A stretch of 64,000 bases of DNA from contig JAHHIM010000022.1 in NCBI GenBank assembly GCA_019358915.1, positions 12,783 through 76,782 of the forward strand, given 5' to 3'. Below are positions 1 through 12,025 of the stretch, piece after piece. The position numbers and the translations under genes are program-made. This DNA comes from Trichormus sp. ATA11-4-KO1. Its GTDB lineage: Bacteria; Cyanobacteriota; Cyanobacteriia; Cyanobacteriales; Nostocaceae. Positions within the stretch are counted from its first letter, which is position 1; each line of letters starts with the position of its first letter. The notes below the pieces were generated by a model that was given only the letters and a program-made list of their open reading frames with translations, did not search any database and had not been told where the DNA came from.

Positions 1-1
1 C

Positions 2-970
2 GAAGATGATGTGGTACTGGGCAAACGCTATACCCCTGTAGACCGAGCAGGGTTGTATGTGCCTGGCGGTCGTGCTGCCTATCCCAGTACTGTACTTATG
101 AATGCTATTCCAGCCAAAGTAGCTGGTGTACCTCGTGTAGTCATGGTAACACCACCAGGCGTAGGGAAAGCGATTAACTCAGCCGTCTTGGTGGCTGCTC
201 AAGAAGCTGGATTACAAGAAATTTATCGTGTTGGCGGGGCACAAGCGATCGCGGCTTTAGCCTACGGTACAGAAACGATTCCTAAAGTTAATGTAATTAC
301 TGGCCCCGGTAATATTTATGTCACCCTAGCGAAAAAACTTGTTTACGGCACTGTCGGGATTGATTCTTTGGCAGGGCCTAGCGAAGTGCTAATCATTGCT
401 GATGAAACAGCCAATCCAGTAAATGTTGCAGCTGATTTGTTGGCGCAAGCCGAACACGATCCAATGGCGGCGGCTATTTTGTTGACTACAGATCCAGCTT
501 TAGCTAAAAACGTGCAAGTAGCGGTGGAAAGACAGTTGGTGGATCACCCACGACGGATAGACACCGAAAAAGCGATCGCTCACTATGGCTTAATTGTGCT
601 TGTGGAGTCACTAGAAGCAGCAGCCGAACTTTCCAATGAATTTGCTCCTGAACATTTAGAATTAGAAGTTAAAGATCCTTGGGCAGTCCTTCCTAACATT
701 CGCCACGCCGGGGCAATTTTCTTAGGATACTCTACACCAGAAGCTGTAGGAGACTATTTAGCAGGGCCCAATCACACCTTGCCGACTTCCGGCGCTGCCC
801 GCTACGCTTCACCTTTAGGAGTAGAAACTTTCCTCAAACACTCCAGTATCATTCAATATTCACAAACCGCACTGCAAAAAGTAGCTGGCGCAATTGACGT
901 GCTGGCAACAGCCGAAGGCTTACCTTCCCACGCCGATTCAGTCCGACGCCGAATTCAGCAAGAAGAATGA
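2..970 (+). CDS. hisD: Histidinol dehydrogenase (5' part lies before the window)
   Basis: Motifs [40 protein letters not shown]; frame open from window start. Confidence 0.97.
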   Translation, partial: EDDVVLGKRYTPVDRAGLYVPGGRAAYPSTVLMNAIPAKVAGVPRVVMVTPPGVGKAINSAVLVAAQEAGLQEIYRVGGAQAIAALAYGTETIPKVNVITGPGNIYVTLAKKLVYGTVGIDSLAGPSEVLIIADETANPVNVAADLLAQAEHDPMAAAILLTTDPALAKNVQVAVERQLVDHPRRIDTEKAIAHYGLIVLVESLEAAAELSNEFAPEHLELEVKDPWAVLPNIRHAGAIFLGYSTPEAVGDYLAGPNHTLPTSGAARYASPLGVETFLKHSSIIQYSQTALQKVAGAIDVLATAEGLPSHADSVRRRIQQEE

Positions 971-1005
971 TTTGGAATGTTGAATTTTTTCCTATACTAT
1001 CAAGC

Positions 1006-1036
1006 AGTGCTGAGTGCTGAGTGCTGAGTGCTGAGT
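1006..1036 (+). repeat. STRR-type heptamer tandem repeat (AGTGCTG)x4.4
   Basis: agtgctg repeated directly in the sequence. Confidence 0.9.
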
Positions 1037-1189
1037 ATAAATCAGTTGCTTCAGTGCTTTGAGTCATCAACAGCGTCTTTACATAATCTGACTACAGCTA
1101 TATATTTAGAAGCTGACACCAAGGCTGTAACTGCCAACAAACTGTATCAGGTAATTATATTAAGGGGTCTACCTTTTAGGAGATGAGCG

Positions 1190-1621
1190 GTGCTAAAAAA
1201 TGTTTTGGTAGCTCTAGACGGTTCGGAAATTGCAGAAAGAGTAATTCAAACTTTAAGTGATTTGGTATTTTCCCCCGATACCAAAGTCATTCTCTGTCAT
1301 GTATTTCCGACCCCAGAATCAGAGATGGAACTACCCGCAGATCGCCCTCATCCAGAGTCCCCAACACTTCCTTATTTCCAGATTGAAAAACAGCTACAAT
1401 CCTACAAAGAAAATTTATCAGTCAACTGTGAATTAGAGATGGTAACAGGCGAGCCGGCTGACGAAATTATTCGCCTGGCTAATATTTACAAAACTGACTT
1501 GATCCTAATTGGCAGTCGGGGGTTAACAGGGATGAAGCGAATCGTCCTGGGTTCTGTTAGCAGTCAAGTAGTAGAAGAGGCTAATTGTTCAGTATTAGTG
1601 GTTAAGCCGAGTAAAAATTAA
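1190..1621 (+). CDS. Universal stress protein (UspA domain)
   Basis: NVLVALDGS start and GSRGLTGMKRIVLGSVS motif; GTG start with AGGAG RBS. Confidence 0.93.
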   Translation: MLKNVLVALDGSEIAERVIQTLSDLVFSPDTKVILCHVFPTPESEMELPADRPHPESPTLPYFQIEKQLQSYKENLSVNCELEMVTGEPADEIIRLANIYKTDLILIGSRGLTGMKRIVLGSVSSQVVEEANCSVLVVKPSKN

Positions 1622-1645
1622 GTAGCATCAGGTAAATAATTCAAA

Positions 1646-1707
1646 GTTTGTAGTCAGGACTTTAGTCCTAATAACCTGGAAGAAGCGATGAATCGCTTAC
1701 TACGAAC
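1646..1707. repeat. REP-like inverted doublet (GTAG-type)
   Basis: GTTTGTAGTCAGGACTTTAGTCCT ... AAGCGATGAATCGCTTACTACGAAC: two short hairpins with inverted outer ends, between convergent genes. Confidence 0.65.
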
Positions 1708-1763
1708 GAGAATTTTATAGCCAAGCATGAAAGAGAGACTGAGGACTGGGGACTAGTATTTTT

Positions 1764-1795
1764 ACTCAGCACTCAGCACTCAGCACTCAGCACTC
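1764..1795 (-). repeat. STRR heptamer repeat (ACTCAGC)x4.5, opposite strand of the 1006 array
   Basis: actcagc tandem copies. Confidence 0.9.
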
Positions 1796-1796
1796 T

Positions 1797-2174
1797 TTAA
1801 TTTGTCAAAAACTGACGCAAACTCAACAAATTTAAGGTTTGACCCAAATTCAAGGGTAGAATAGAAACTCCTTCCAAACGTGACTGCACCCAACCTTCTC
1901 CCCAATACCATTCGTGAAAGCCATCAATGCCTCCACTAAGTAGCAAGCGTAAACAGTTGGGTTTTGCCACATCTACTTGATGATGGATGGGAACTGGCCC
2001 AGTCCAAGTTGTAAACTGAAATCCTGTGTGCAGTTCTTCTGGCATTCCTGGAGCAAAGCTTTGCCCTACAAGCCATTTATTTAGTTGGTCAGGATGCAGG
2101 AGACTGTCACGAATTGCATTGGCGGATGCGGCGATTTCTATCCGTAGTTGGCTTTGTTGAAAATTACCCAGCAT
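1797..2174 (-). CDS. Conserved hypothetical protein, SRPBCC/START-like
   Basis: 125 aa; IEIAASANAIRDSL..PDQLNKW pattern typical of SRPBCC folds. Confidence 0.65.
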   Translation of the reverse strand: MLGNFQQSQLRIEIAASANAIRDSLLHPDQLNKWLVGQSFAPGMPEELHTGFQFTTWTGPVPIHHQVDVAKPNCLRLLLSGGIDGFHEWYWGEGWVQSRLEGVSILPLNLGQTLNLLSLRQFLTN

Positions 2175-2326
2175 TTTTCAGAATTGCTTAAACGTGAAAG
2201 ATCACTCTTGATGAATTGTAGTTCTAATATTGCAAATACAATCACAGGTGACCACGGCATCACTTTTCTACTGAATGAGAATTTAGAATAGAGAAGATAG
2301 ACTTGTTAAGAAATGTAAGGGTTTTC

Positions 2327-3232
2327 ATGGCAGATCAATTAATTCGTGCCACAGCAGCAGAAGGTGGGATTCGGGCTGTAGGAGTGATTACCACTCGTTT
2401 AACAGAAGAAGCAAGGCAACGTCACAAGCTTTCCTATGTGGCAACAGCAGCACTGGGTCGGTCTATGGCAGCAGGCTTGTTGATGGCTTCTAGTATGAAG
2501 CGTACTGGTTCTAGGGTGAATGTCCGGGTCAAGGGCGATGGACCTTTGGGTGGTATATTGGTAGATGCAGGCTTAGATGGCACAGTACGCGGCTATGTCG
2601 GAAATCCATCTATAGAATTGCCTCCTAATGCCAAAGGTAAGCTAGATGTTGGTGGTGCAGTAGGTGAAGGCTACCTCTATGTAGTGCGGGATATCGGTTA
2701 CGGCTATCCTTACTCTAGTACAGTGGAACTAGTTTCGGGCGAAATAGGCGACGATGTGGCTCACTACCTAGTAAATTCTGAACAAACACCTTCAGCTTTG
2801 GTTTTAGGCGTGTTCGTGGGAGCAAGTGGAGTAACGGCTGCTGGAGGTTTGTTAGTGCAAGTTTTGCCTAAAGCTGCCAGAGATGAAGCCCTCGTAGAAA
2901 CGTTGGAATCACGGGTAGCTAGTTTAGCTGGATTTACGCCGTTGTTACAAGCTGGTAAAACTTTGCCAGAAATCTTTAATGGCCTATTAGGAGACATGGG
3001 GCTGACAATCTTTCCTGAAAGTCAAATGCTGCGCTTCCATTGTGGTTGTTCTTTTGACCGTGTACTGGGAGCATTAAAAATTTTGGGAGAAGAAGAATTG
3101 CAAGACATGATTATTAAAGATGATGGTGCTGAGGCAACTTGTGACTTTTGCGGTCAAGTTTATCAGGCAAGTAGCGATCACCTGGCTCGGTTAATTGTGG
3201 ACTTGCAAACAGAATCTTCAGTTTCTGGTTAA
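2327..3232 (+). CDS. hslO: Hsp33 redox-regulated chaperone
   Basis: GDGPLG, SEQTPS, and C-terminal CGCS...CDFC zinc motif; start moved to MADQLIRA. Confidence 0.96.
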   Translation: MADQLIRATAAEGGIRAVGVITTRLTEEARQRHKLSYVATAALGRSMAAGLLMASSMKRTGSRVNVRVKGDGPLGGILVDAGLDGTVRGYVGNPSIELPPNAKGKLDVGGAVGEGYLYVVRDIGYGYPYSSTVELVSGEIGDDVAHYLVNSEQTPSALVLGVFVGASGVTAAGGLLVQVLPKAARDEALVETLESRVASLAGFTPLLQAGKTLPEIFNGLLGDMGLTIFPESQMLRFHCGCSFDRVLGALKILGEEELQDMIIKDDGAEATCDFCGQVYQASSDHLARLIVDLQTESSVSG

Positions 3233-3384
3233 GGTATAAAAGGGCACTTAAAAAACCAATTGTTAGTGGTATTTGTGGAAAAGACCATGTTAAAAGTAGC
3301 TTTTAAAATATGAGAAAGTTACCATAGCAACATCGGAATTATCAGCCTAAAACAGATCGCTATTCAACTATTTTGGTGTGAGAG

Positions 3385-5427
3385 ATGACAGAGCGGGATA
3401 TTCCAGAAAGTTGGCCCCCATCTAGAGCAGGAGAGCCAGATGATATAAAAAGATTATCTCGAACGCCACAATTCGGTGAAACTCAAGCATTTGGTATCCC
3501 AGCTACTGGTTCTACCTCTAAGTCAGTGAAGCGACAAATACAAGACAATTCCGGATTACCTTTACAAGAGCAGTCAGCAGAAACTAGCTTACCCAGCAAA
3601 GGTGCTAGAAAATGGCCGCGCTGGATGAAAAGCTGGGTGTTGTGGGCAGTAACATTAACGTTGATTCCTGGCAGTGTGGGATTTTTAGCGATGGCAATGT
3701 TGCTAAAGCTACCAACTGCCCCCAGTTGCCCAGCGATTTTTTGGCCTTTGGCTAGTGCGTCAGTGCGGCTGCATTGCGCTCAGTTAGCAGCTTCTAAGCA
3801 AAATGTGAATGACTTATTGCAAGCGATCGCATTAGTTAAAGAATTGCCACAGGAACACCCATTGCGGGGAGAGATTGATCGTTTTTTAGAAGAATGGTCT
3901 AAGGAGATTTTGCAGTTAGCAGACCAAAGTTTCCAAGCAGGCAATTTAGAAGAAGCGATCGCGACTGCGCGGAAAATACCTGAAGACCTCTCGGCATATA
4001 AATTAGTAGACGAACAAATTGCTAAATGGGAGTCAACTTGGTTGAAAGCAGAAGGTATATACAAGGACGCAGAAGCCGAACTACAGCAACGGCGTTGGCA
4101 ATCAGCATTTATGCTATCCGCTAAACTACTGCGTGTAGATAATAAATACTGGGCAAGTACTAAGTACGACCAATTAAACAGCTTGATTGCCTCAGCTAGG
4201 GAAGATGGTGAGAAGTTAACAAAAGCCGAAAGTTTAGCAAATAGCAAAGTAGTAAATAATTTACTAGAAGCGATCAAGCTAGCCGAGTCGATTAAGCAAG
4301 AAAGCTACCTTTATCAAACAGCTCAAGAAATGATTCCCGCATTTGGTCGGAAAATGCTGGATTTAGCCCAGGCAAATCTGGATAAAAGGGATGCAGATAC
4401 AGCTTTAGATATTGCTAGACAAATTCCCGATAATACACGCTTGCAGACAGAAGTCGCAGACTTTATCGCTTTGGCTGATGCTCAGAGGAGTGCATGGATC
4501 GGTACGGTATCTAGTTTAGAAACAGCGATCGCCCAAGCGCAGCAAATTGACCCCTCCAGGTCAGTTTATGATCAAGCACAACAATTGATTGCCCGGTGGC
4601 AGTTGGAAATTGAAGATGTGGCCCGCCTAGAAAAAGCGCGGACACTTGCTAGCCAGGGAACGCTGGAATATTTATCAGCAGCGATCGCCGAAGTACAGCT
4701 GATCCCCAATAATAACCCCCGCGCCTCAGAAGCTAGGCAAGAGAGGAATCGTTGGCGTTCTCAGGTGGAGACTATCGAAGATAGACCTTATTTAGAACGC
4801 GCTGAACAACTTGCTTGGCTGAATGATATTAACTCCTTGCAAGCAGCGATCGCGGAAGCTAGTCAAATCCGTCGGGGTCGGGCGTTGTATCCAGAAGCAC
4901 AGAGAAAAATTCGCACATGGACAGCAAAGGTACAGCGAATCCAAGACCAGCCGTACTTAGATCAAGCCCGAATACTGGCGCAGAGTGGTGATCTTACGGG
5001 TGCTATTAATACAGCTCAACCACTGGCATTGTCAGGGCGATCGCTTGCTGGTGAAGCAAAGTCAGCGATTGAGGATTGGCAAGGACAAATCCGCGCTAGA
5101 GAAAACTGGAATAGAGCAAAAGAAGTGGCAGTCACTGGCACACCAGAAGCTTTAGTTCAGGCAATAGGACTGGCTGATAGAGTGCCCAGAGCTAGCGTCT
5201 TGCGGATGGATGCGAATATTGCAATTAACCAATGGAGTCAGCAATTATTGGATATTGCTCGTTTTCAGGGGAATTCTGATATTCCTAGGGCTATTGAGAC
5301 TGCCAAGTTGATTCCTAGTAGTAGTACGGCTTACAGAGCGGCACAGGAGCAAATTAAGAATTGGCAACAGTTGCTTAATCCTGAACCTTTACAGTTTGAA
5401 CCAATCACACCTATTCGTGAGCAGTAA
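3385..5427 (+). CDS. Conserved cyanobacterial membrane-anchored helical-repeat protein
   Basis: 680 aa with one TM segment, a CPAIFWP motif, then repeated AIAxAxxIP helical units. Confidence 0.75.
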   Translation: MTERDIPESWPPSRAGEPDDIKRLSRTPQFGETQAFGIPATGSTSKSVKRQIQDNSGLPLQEQSAETSLPSKGARKWPRWMKSWVLWAVTLTLIPGSVGFLAMAMLLKLPTAPSCPAIFWPLASASVRLHCAQLAASKQNVNDLLQAIALVKELPQEHPLRGEIDRFLEEWSKEILQLADQSFQAGNLEEAIATARKIPEDLSAYKLVDEQIAKWESTWLKAEGIYKDAEAELQQRRWQSAFMLSAKLLRVDNKYWASTKYDQLNSLIASAREDGEKLTKAESLANSKVVNNLLEAIKLAESIKQESYLYQTAQEMIPAFGRKMLDLAQANLDKRDADTALDIARQIPDNTRLQTEVADFIALADAQRSAWIGTVSSLETAIAQAQQIDPSRSVYDQAQQLIARWQLEIEDVARLEKARTLASQGTLEYLSAAIAEVQLIPNNNPRASEARQERNRWRSQVETIEDRPYLERAEQLAWLNDINSLQAAIAEASQIRRGRALYPEAQRKIRTWTAKVQRIQDQPYLDQARILAQSGDLTGAINTAQPLALSGRSLAGEAKSAIEDWQGQIRARENWNRAKEVAVTGTPEALVQAIGLADRVPRASVLRMDANIAINQWSQQLLDIARFQGNSDIPRAIETAKLIPSSSTAYRAAQEQIKNWQQLLNPEPLQFEPITPIREQ

Positions 5428-5441
5428 TTTTTAATGCTTGT

Positions 5442-5487
5442 AAATCAACCTCTTGCAGAAGGCTCTTTTGCAGGAGGTTGATTTTTT
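5442..5487 (+). terminator. Intrinsic terminator (possibly bidirectional)
   Basis: AAATCAACCTCTTGCAGAAG-GCT-CTTTTGCAGGAGGTTGATTT followed by a T run. Confidence 0.8.
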
Positions 5488-5878
5488 GTCCCAAATATTC
5501 ATAACTTGGCAGCGATGGATGACAAGTAATTTACCAAACATGATATTAACTTGATACTGTTAAAACATTGACCTACTCTGCGATCGCTGGATATTCTTGA
5601 TTATTTATTCGTCGTAAATTTACAAAGTGAGTGAATTAATAAAGTTTTGACTAAGTAGAGGACAGTAATTATTTACATACTTAAGTATGTTTTATATATT
5701 TAGTAACATAGATCCAGTTGTAATGAAAACCATAAAACTTACTAAAAGCCAATTGATTTAGTTAAGTATTCTGGCAAATACAAAAAACATCCTCTTAGTG
5801 TTTTGTAGTTAGGTAGCTTACCGATTAAAGCACTGATGATTTTGTAGTGCCAATTTGCACATAGAAATTGTAATCCCA

Positions 5879-6634
5879 ATGAAAACTGCCTTGTTGAATT
5901 TATTCAAGCCTTCTTTATTAGCTGCTGGTATTGCGGCTGCATCTTTGGCTATGATGCCAAGTTCGGCTCAAGCCTTCAGTATATTGTTTGGCCCCGATAG
6001 TTTTTCTTCTAATCCCACTCGCACTGGTTCGTCTGCAAAGGTAAACTTCAACTTCTCTCAGGTGGGAAGTGATGTTTTACTCGATTTGGCTCTGACAAAC
6101 ACTACTGGTCAAATTCCTACTTTTGGAGATGGTGCAACTGAGTCAACTTTAGTTGGTTTTGGGTTTGATATTTTGGATGGATTGACATTCGCTTACAATC
6201 CACTGTCCAGTACTTTTACACAGCTTTATGGTAATTCATCTTTAACTTCTCAGACTATATCGGGTCCAGCTACGCTCCAACCCTTTGGCACGTTTGATGT
6301 TGGTATTCGCTCCGCAGGCCCAGGAGACTTTAATGGTGGTAATCCCACGCAAGGTTTAACAGCAGGTCAATCTACTAATGTTAGCTTTACTTTAAGTGGT
6401 GCTAACCTGAATGCTGCTGATGTTGAAAGCGAATTTCTAAGTGGATTTCAGTCTGGCACACTACGGGTAAGCACTCGCTTTCAGAGTGTAAATGCTGGTG
6501 AAGGGAGTGACAAATTGCTAGGGGGTAATATTGTCAAAAGAAGAGTACCGGAACCAGCGACTTTGGCGGGTATCGGTTTGGTAGCTGGAGTAATGGTGAT
6601 GTCACGCCGTCGCCAGGCTATCAAGTTTGCATAG
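5879..6634 (+). CDS. PEP-CTERM sorting domain protein
   Basis: Signal peptide ending AQA; C-terminal VPEP, TM helix and RRR. Confidence 0.92.
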   Translation: MKTALLNLFKPSLLAAGIAAASLAMMPSSAQAFSILFGPDSFSSNPTRTGSSAKVNFNFSQVGSDVLLDLALTNTTGQIPTFGDGATESTLVGFGFDILDGLTFAYNPLSSTFTQLYGNSSLTSQTISGPATLQPFGTFDVGIRSAGPGDFNGGNPTQGLTAGQSTNVSFTLSGANLNAADVESEFLSGFQSGTLRVSTRFQSVNAGEGSDKLLGGNIVKRRVPEPATLAGIGLVAGVMVMSRRRQAIKFA

Positions 6635-6642
6635 ATTTTAAC

Positions 6643-6665
6643 GTGAGTCTCCAACGGAGGCTCAC
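6643..6665 (+). terminator. Hairpin just after the PEP-CTERM stop codon
   Basis: GTGAGTCTCC-AAC-GGAGGCTCAC; no T tract. Confidence 0.4.
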
Positions 6666-7227
6666 AAGGAACCTTGCAAGGTCAGTGTCAAGAGGAATTA
6701 CCTCCAGTCAAAACTGCTCAGATGCACATATCACAAAACAAATATTTTGTCTAGTCTATTTGCACACATAAAAACTTTTATTACATATTAATATCAATGA
6801 CCAATGAGCTAATTGACGAACGCGGCTTAAGATAGCTTTAATATCAAATAAAATCGGCGTTTATGCTTATATAAATGAGAGGTGGTCTGATTTTTGCATG
6901 ATTTGTACTTGAATGAGTACTATTATGAGCAGCTGACACGGCATGGGATAATCCAACCTGAGGATTCCAGTTGATTCACAAAATAATAGAACTCGGAAAG
7001 CTGATTTTAATCTATATGCCGCCTTCTGACTTCTATGCTTCTACTGACTGTCTACCTTGTAGTTGATGCAGTAGAGCTGACAGGGCAATTATGGTTATAG
7101 GACACTAAACCCTATTGTGAGCCAAACTCAGTTGTACTGATGCCCTCATGCATTGCCTAATCAACAGCCTTTTGGTTGTAATTGTCCGGATTAGATAAAC
7201 TCAACTGTTAAATTTATGGGAGTGAAA

Positions 7228-7665
7228 ATGCAAGAACCGGAATTCACAGAAACCAAGTCCAAAGAGGCAACAGTGCCAGATATCAACAACCAAACAGGAA
7301 CCATTACTAAACTCCAGCCTCCTGTGCAGTCTCAAGAGCAATGGCAAAAATACGGTGAACAGATTTCTAGCTTTTTAGCAACACTGCCTGAATACCTGGG
7401 AAGCTTCTTTAATCAATATAAGCAGCCCCTGGTTAGTATTGGTTTAATTGTGGCAGCAATTGTCTCGGTTAAGGTACTTTTGGCAATATTAGATGCTTTG
7501 AATGATATTCCTTTGGTAGCACCGTCTTTTGAATTGATTGGTATTGGTTACTCTGCCTGGTTTGTTTATCGCTATTTACTCAAAGCTTCAACCCGGCGAG
7601 AGTTAACTGATGAAATTACAACCCTCAAATCACAAGTCGTCGGCAAAAATATTCCAGAAGCTTAA
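7228..7665 (+). CDS. curT: CAAD-domain thylakoid curvature protein (CurT/CURT1-like)
   Basis: LDALNDIPLVAPSFELIGIGYSAWFVYRYLLKASTRREL is the CAAD signature. Confidence 0.85.
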   Translation: MQEPEFTETKSKEATVPDINNQTGTITKLQPPVQSQEQWQKYGEQISSFLATLPEYLGSFFNQYKQPLVSIGLIVAAIVSVKVLLAILDALNDIPLVAPSFELIGIGYSAWFVYRYLLKASTRRELTDEITTLKSQVVGKNIPEA

Positions 7666-7756
7666 CATTTAACCGTCGGTATACTCTTGTTCGGCGATCG
7701 CCAGGGCCTTCCCATTCGGCGATCGCCTTTGGCGTTTCTGTAGGGTAGCCATGACT

Positions 7757-8815
7757 TTAATTAGCTAATCGTGTGTAGTTTTGAGAAGGGATTTGTTTTA
7801 ATCTCCCTGTTTGCACCAAAGCTTGATGAATCATCACTGCTACCTCAGCACGGGTAGCTTCTTGATTGGGAGCTAAGACATTTGGGTCTGGATAAGCAGC
7901 TACAAGACCATTAGCTGTAGCCGTCGCTATTTTTTTAGTAGCATATTCAGGAATATCTTGAGCATCTTTATAAACACTTAAGACCTGCAATGGATCGGAT
8001 GGTTCTTGCAGATTTAACCCACTGACAAGAGCCACTAAAACTTGCACTCGGGAAATTTTTTGTTCTGGTTGAAAGGTCTGATCAGGATAGCCTTTTAAAA
8101 ATCCAGTGGTAATAGCTTGGTCAATTGCCGATGTTGCCCAGGATTTATCTGATACGTCTTTAAAAGACATGGTGTACTTAGCAAGCTTTTGGTCAAAAGC
8201 TTGTTGTAGTATGGTCGCAAATTCAGCGCGATTTACAGGCTGATTGGGTCTAAAGGAATAATCTGGAAAGCCCTTGATAATCCCACGGGATGAAAGAACA
8301 TCAATAAAACGACCTGCCCAAAAGTCAGTCGGTACGTCGTTAAATGCAATTGGTGGCGGAATAATTGACTTCTTCTCCTTAGGAGTAACTAAAGGCAAAG
8401 GTGATGATTGAATTGACGACTCAAAGTCTGTAGAGGAGAAAGGTGCTTGCCTGTGTGATGGCTTGATGGGAGCTACCTTAGCAGATGACATCATGAGGGG
8501 GAGAGTCGCTCTTTGTGTTGGGGATAGAGTAGTTCTAGGTTCAACAACGGTGATATCTCGAGGAGAAGGTAAGGTGTTGAGATTGGCATCTGCATTCGGT
8601 TCTAACCTAGATGATGCAGGATAGCGTTCAACCCCAGGAGATGGAGTCGGGGGTATGATTAGGTCATTCAAGTCCCAGCCTGTATGACTGCGAGACATTG
8701 ACCAAAACAGAATTCCGCCAATAGTAGAGAAAGCAACCAAAATAGCGATAAATTCATCAAAGCCAAGGGAATTTTTTTGAGATGACTCCGGTTCAGAAGG
8801 AGGCAGATTTGTCAT
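7757..8815 (-). CDS. S-layer homology (SLH) domain protein
   Basis: Three SLH repeats (FNDVP..GFPD..FRPNQPVNRAE, GYPDQTFQP, ATRAE) and an N-terminal TM segment. Confidence 0.92.
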   Translation of the reverse strand: MTNLPPSEPESSQKNSLGFDEFIAILVAFSTIGGILFWSMSRSHTGWDLNDLIIPPTPSPGVERYPASSRLEPNADANLNTLPSPRDITVVEPRTTLSPTQRATLPLMMSSAKVAPIKPSHRQAPFSSTDFESSIQSSPLPLVTPKEKKSIIPPPIAFNDVPTDFWAGRFIDVLSSRGIIKGFPDYSFRPNQPVNRAEFATILQQAFDQKLAKYTMSFKDVSDKSWATSAIDQAITTGFLKGYPDQTFQPEQKISRVQVLVALVSGLNLQEPSDPLQVLSVYKDAQDIPEYATKKIATATANGLVAAYPDPNVLAPNQEATRAEVAVMIHQALVQTGRLKQIPSQNYTRLAN

Positions 8816-8932
8816 CGTAATTACCCTGGTAACCGTAAAATTTGTTTTTACTTTACAACAATTAGGGAAGCACAGGGGAGTAGAGGAGATTATTAATATA
8901 AGTTCTTTCCCCTCTGCCTCTTTATTTCCCCT

Positions 8933-10219
8933 TCACAGCACCCGTAGTAAACTGGGAATACTGTCTATCGCTTCTAAATTACGAATTTCTGCTAGGGCTT
9001 GCCGAAAATCTCCTTCCCGCACATCGTGAGTCACAACTACAATCTCCGCGAGTCCTCCCTGAAAGCCTGTCTGCACAACTGACTCTAAACTGACGCCATA
9101 GTTGCCAAAGCAAGTACCCAATTTACCGATGACTCCGGGTTGGTCTTTGGTGAGGAACCGGGCATAAAATCGTGTTACTAGTTCTGTCATTGGAGAAATT
9201 TGACAGTAATCCTGATGTCCACAAGTTAAGAGTGGATTTGGTTTGGCTGTACTAGTTTTGAGGACAGCAACTAAATTCAAAATATCTGAGGTGACTGCAC
9301 TGGCTGTAGCACCTGCACCCGCACCAGGTCCGAAAAACATTACCTGCCCGATGGGTTCTCCTTCTACGAGAATGGCGTTATAAACACCGTTGATGCTAGC
9401 TAAAGGATGTACTTTAGGCACTAAGGTGGGATGAACTCTGACGGAAAGGGAAGATGCGGGAGTGTATTGTTTAGCGATCGCTAACAGTTTAATCACAAAT
9501 CCCAATTTTTCAGCATAGGCTATATCTGTTTTGCTGACTTGCCGAATTCCTTCACAATAAACATCTTCTAGATTGATGCGTCCACCAAAGCCTAATGATG
9601 CCAAGATGGCAATTTTATCTGCTGCATCCAAGCCGTCTACATCAGCTGTGGGGTCAGCTTCGGCGTAACCGAGTTTTTGGGCATCAGCTAAAACATCGCT
9701 GAAGTTGCTGCCTTCGGTTTGCATCCGTGTCAGAATGTAGTTAGTTGTACCGTTAACGATGCCAGTAACAGTATGAATACGGTTAACGCTTAAAGATTGT
9801 TTTAAGGGTTGAATCACGGGGATACCGCCACCAACAGCAGCTTCCAACATCACATATACGCCAGCTTGGTTGGCAGTTGTAAAAATTTCTGCCCCAAACC
9901 GGGCGATCGCGGCTTTGTTGGCGGTGACGACGTGCTTACCATGACTTAAGGCTTTGAGAATTAGCGATCGCGCTGGTTCCAGTCCACCCATCACCTCAAC
10001 GACTATATCCACAGCCGGATCACTGACAATGGCTGCTAAGTCTGTGGTTAATACGCCCGGAGGTAATTCTACTTGACGAATTTTATCAAGCGATCGTACT
10101 CCCACCCGATATATTTCTATCTCCCTCAATAACGGGTTACGCCCTACTACATCTTGTAGTAATTGCACTGTACCTGTGCCGACAGTGCCTAATCCTAATA
10201 TTCCTAATTTCACACCCAC
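8933..10219 (-). CDS. hom: Homoserine dehydrogenase with ACT domain
   Basis: GLGTVG, VVTANK, EAAVGGGIP, GYAEADPTADVDG. Confidence 0.96.
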   Translation of the reverse strand: MGVKLGILGLGTVGTGTVQLLQDVVGRNPLLREIEIYRVGVRSLDKIRQVELPPGVLTTDLAAIVSDPAVDIVVEVMGGLEPARSLILKALSHGKHVVTANKAAIARFGAEIFTTANQAGVYVMLEAAVGGGIPVIQPLKQSLSVNRIHTVTGIVNGTTNYILTRMQTEGSNFSDVLADAQKLGYAEADPTADVDGLDAADKIAILASLGFGGRINLEDVYCEGIRQVSKTDIAYAEKLGFVIKLLAIAKQYTPASSLSVRVHPTLVPKVHPLASINGVYNAILVEGEPIGQVMFFGPGAGAGATASAVTSDILNLVAVLKTSTAKPNPLLTCGHQDYCQISPMTELVTRFYARFLTKDQPGVIGKLGTCFGNYGVSLESVVQTGFQGGLAEIVVVTHDVREGDFRQALAEIRNLEAIDSIPSLLRVL

Positions 10220-10390
10220 AAATTTTGCACCCTATTTTCTGAGTGCTGAGTACTTCCTTCCTGAGTGCTGAATATTTATACTAACTAATTAGCCTGCTAA
10301 TCACGGCTTTGTTTGTATAGCCACAGGCTAAAGCCTGCGGGTGAATCAAGCACTTAGAACTCTTTTCTCAGCTGTCCATATAAAACAATT

Positions 10391-10415
10391 GTAGGGTGGG
10401 CATTGCCCACCCTAC
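10391..10415. repeat. REP-like palindrome GTAGGGTGGGCATTGCCCACCCTAC
   Basis: Perfect 12-bp inverted repeat; related copy at 21538-21558. Confidence 0.8.
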
Positions 10416-10445
10416 TCACCCATTCATAACTCAGAAAGGAAGCAT

Positions 10446-11855
<1,410 letters not shown>

Positions 11856-11983
11856 TTAGTTTATCGGATTTTTGGCTACCAAAACTGGTGCGATGGGAAA
11901 GCGGCATCATGAGCTAATGCCGTACTCAGTACACTCACCTAAAGACATGCAAGCATAGCAAAAAACACACCTGTTCACCTTCT

Positions 11984-12025
11984 ACGGTAAAGGATAAGCC
12001 TTTGGGAGAATGTTAATAATGAGTC
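11984..12025 (-). promoter_or_regulatory. Putative NtcA-type distal petH promoter
   Basis: Minus strand reads GACTCATTATTAAC-N22-TACCGT: degenerate NtcA box, 22 nt, TAN3T. Confidence 0.65.

Noticed and set aside
849..1070. 73-aa minus-strand ORF (SALSTQHSAL)
   Set aside because: Translation of the STRR array, antisense to hisD.
1006..1795. Composite mobile element formed by inverted STRR arrays around the USP gene
   Set aside because: STRRs are ubiquitous here, and there is no transposase or target-site duplication.
3385..5427. Labelling the 680-aa protein a chromosome segregation ATPase
   Set aside because: No Walker A or B motif is visible; it shows only a TM segment and helical repeats.
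7185..7190. TCCGGA (DIF1-like heterocyst promoter motif) upstream of curT
   Set aside because: A lone hexamer with no supporting context; cannot be told apart from chance.
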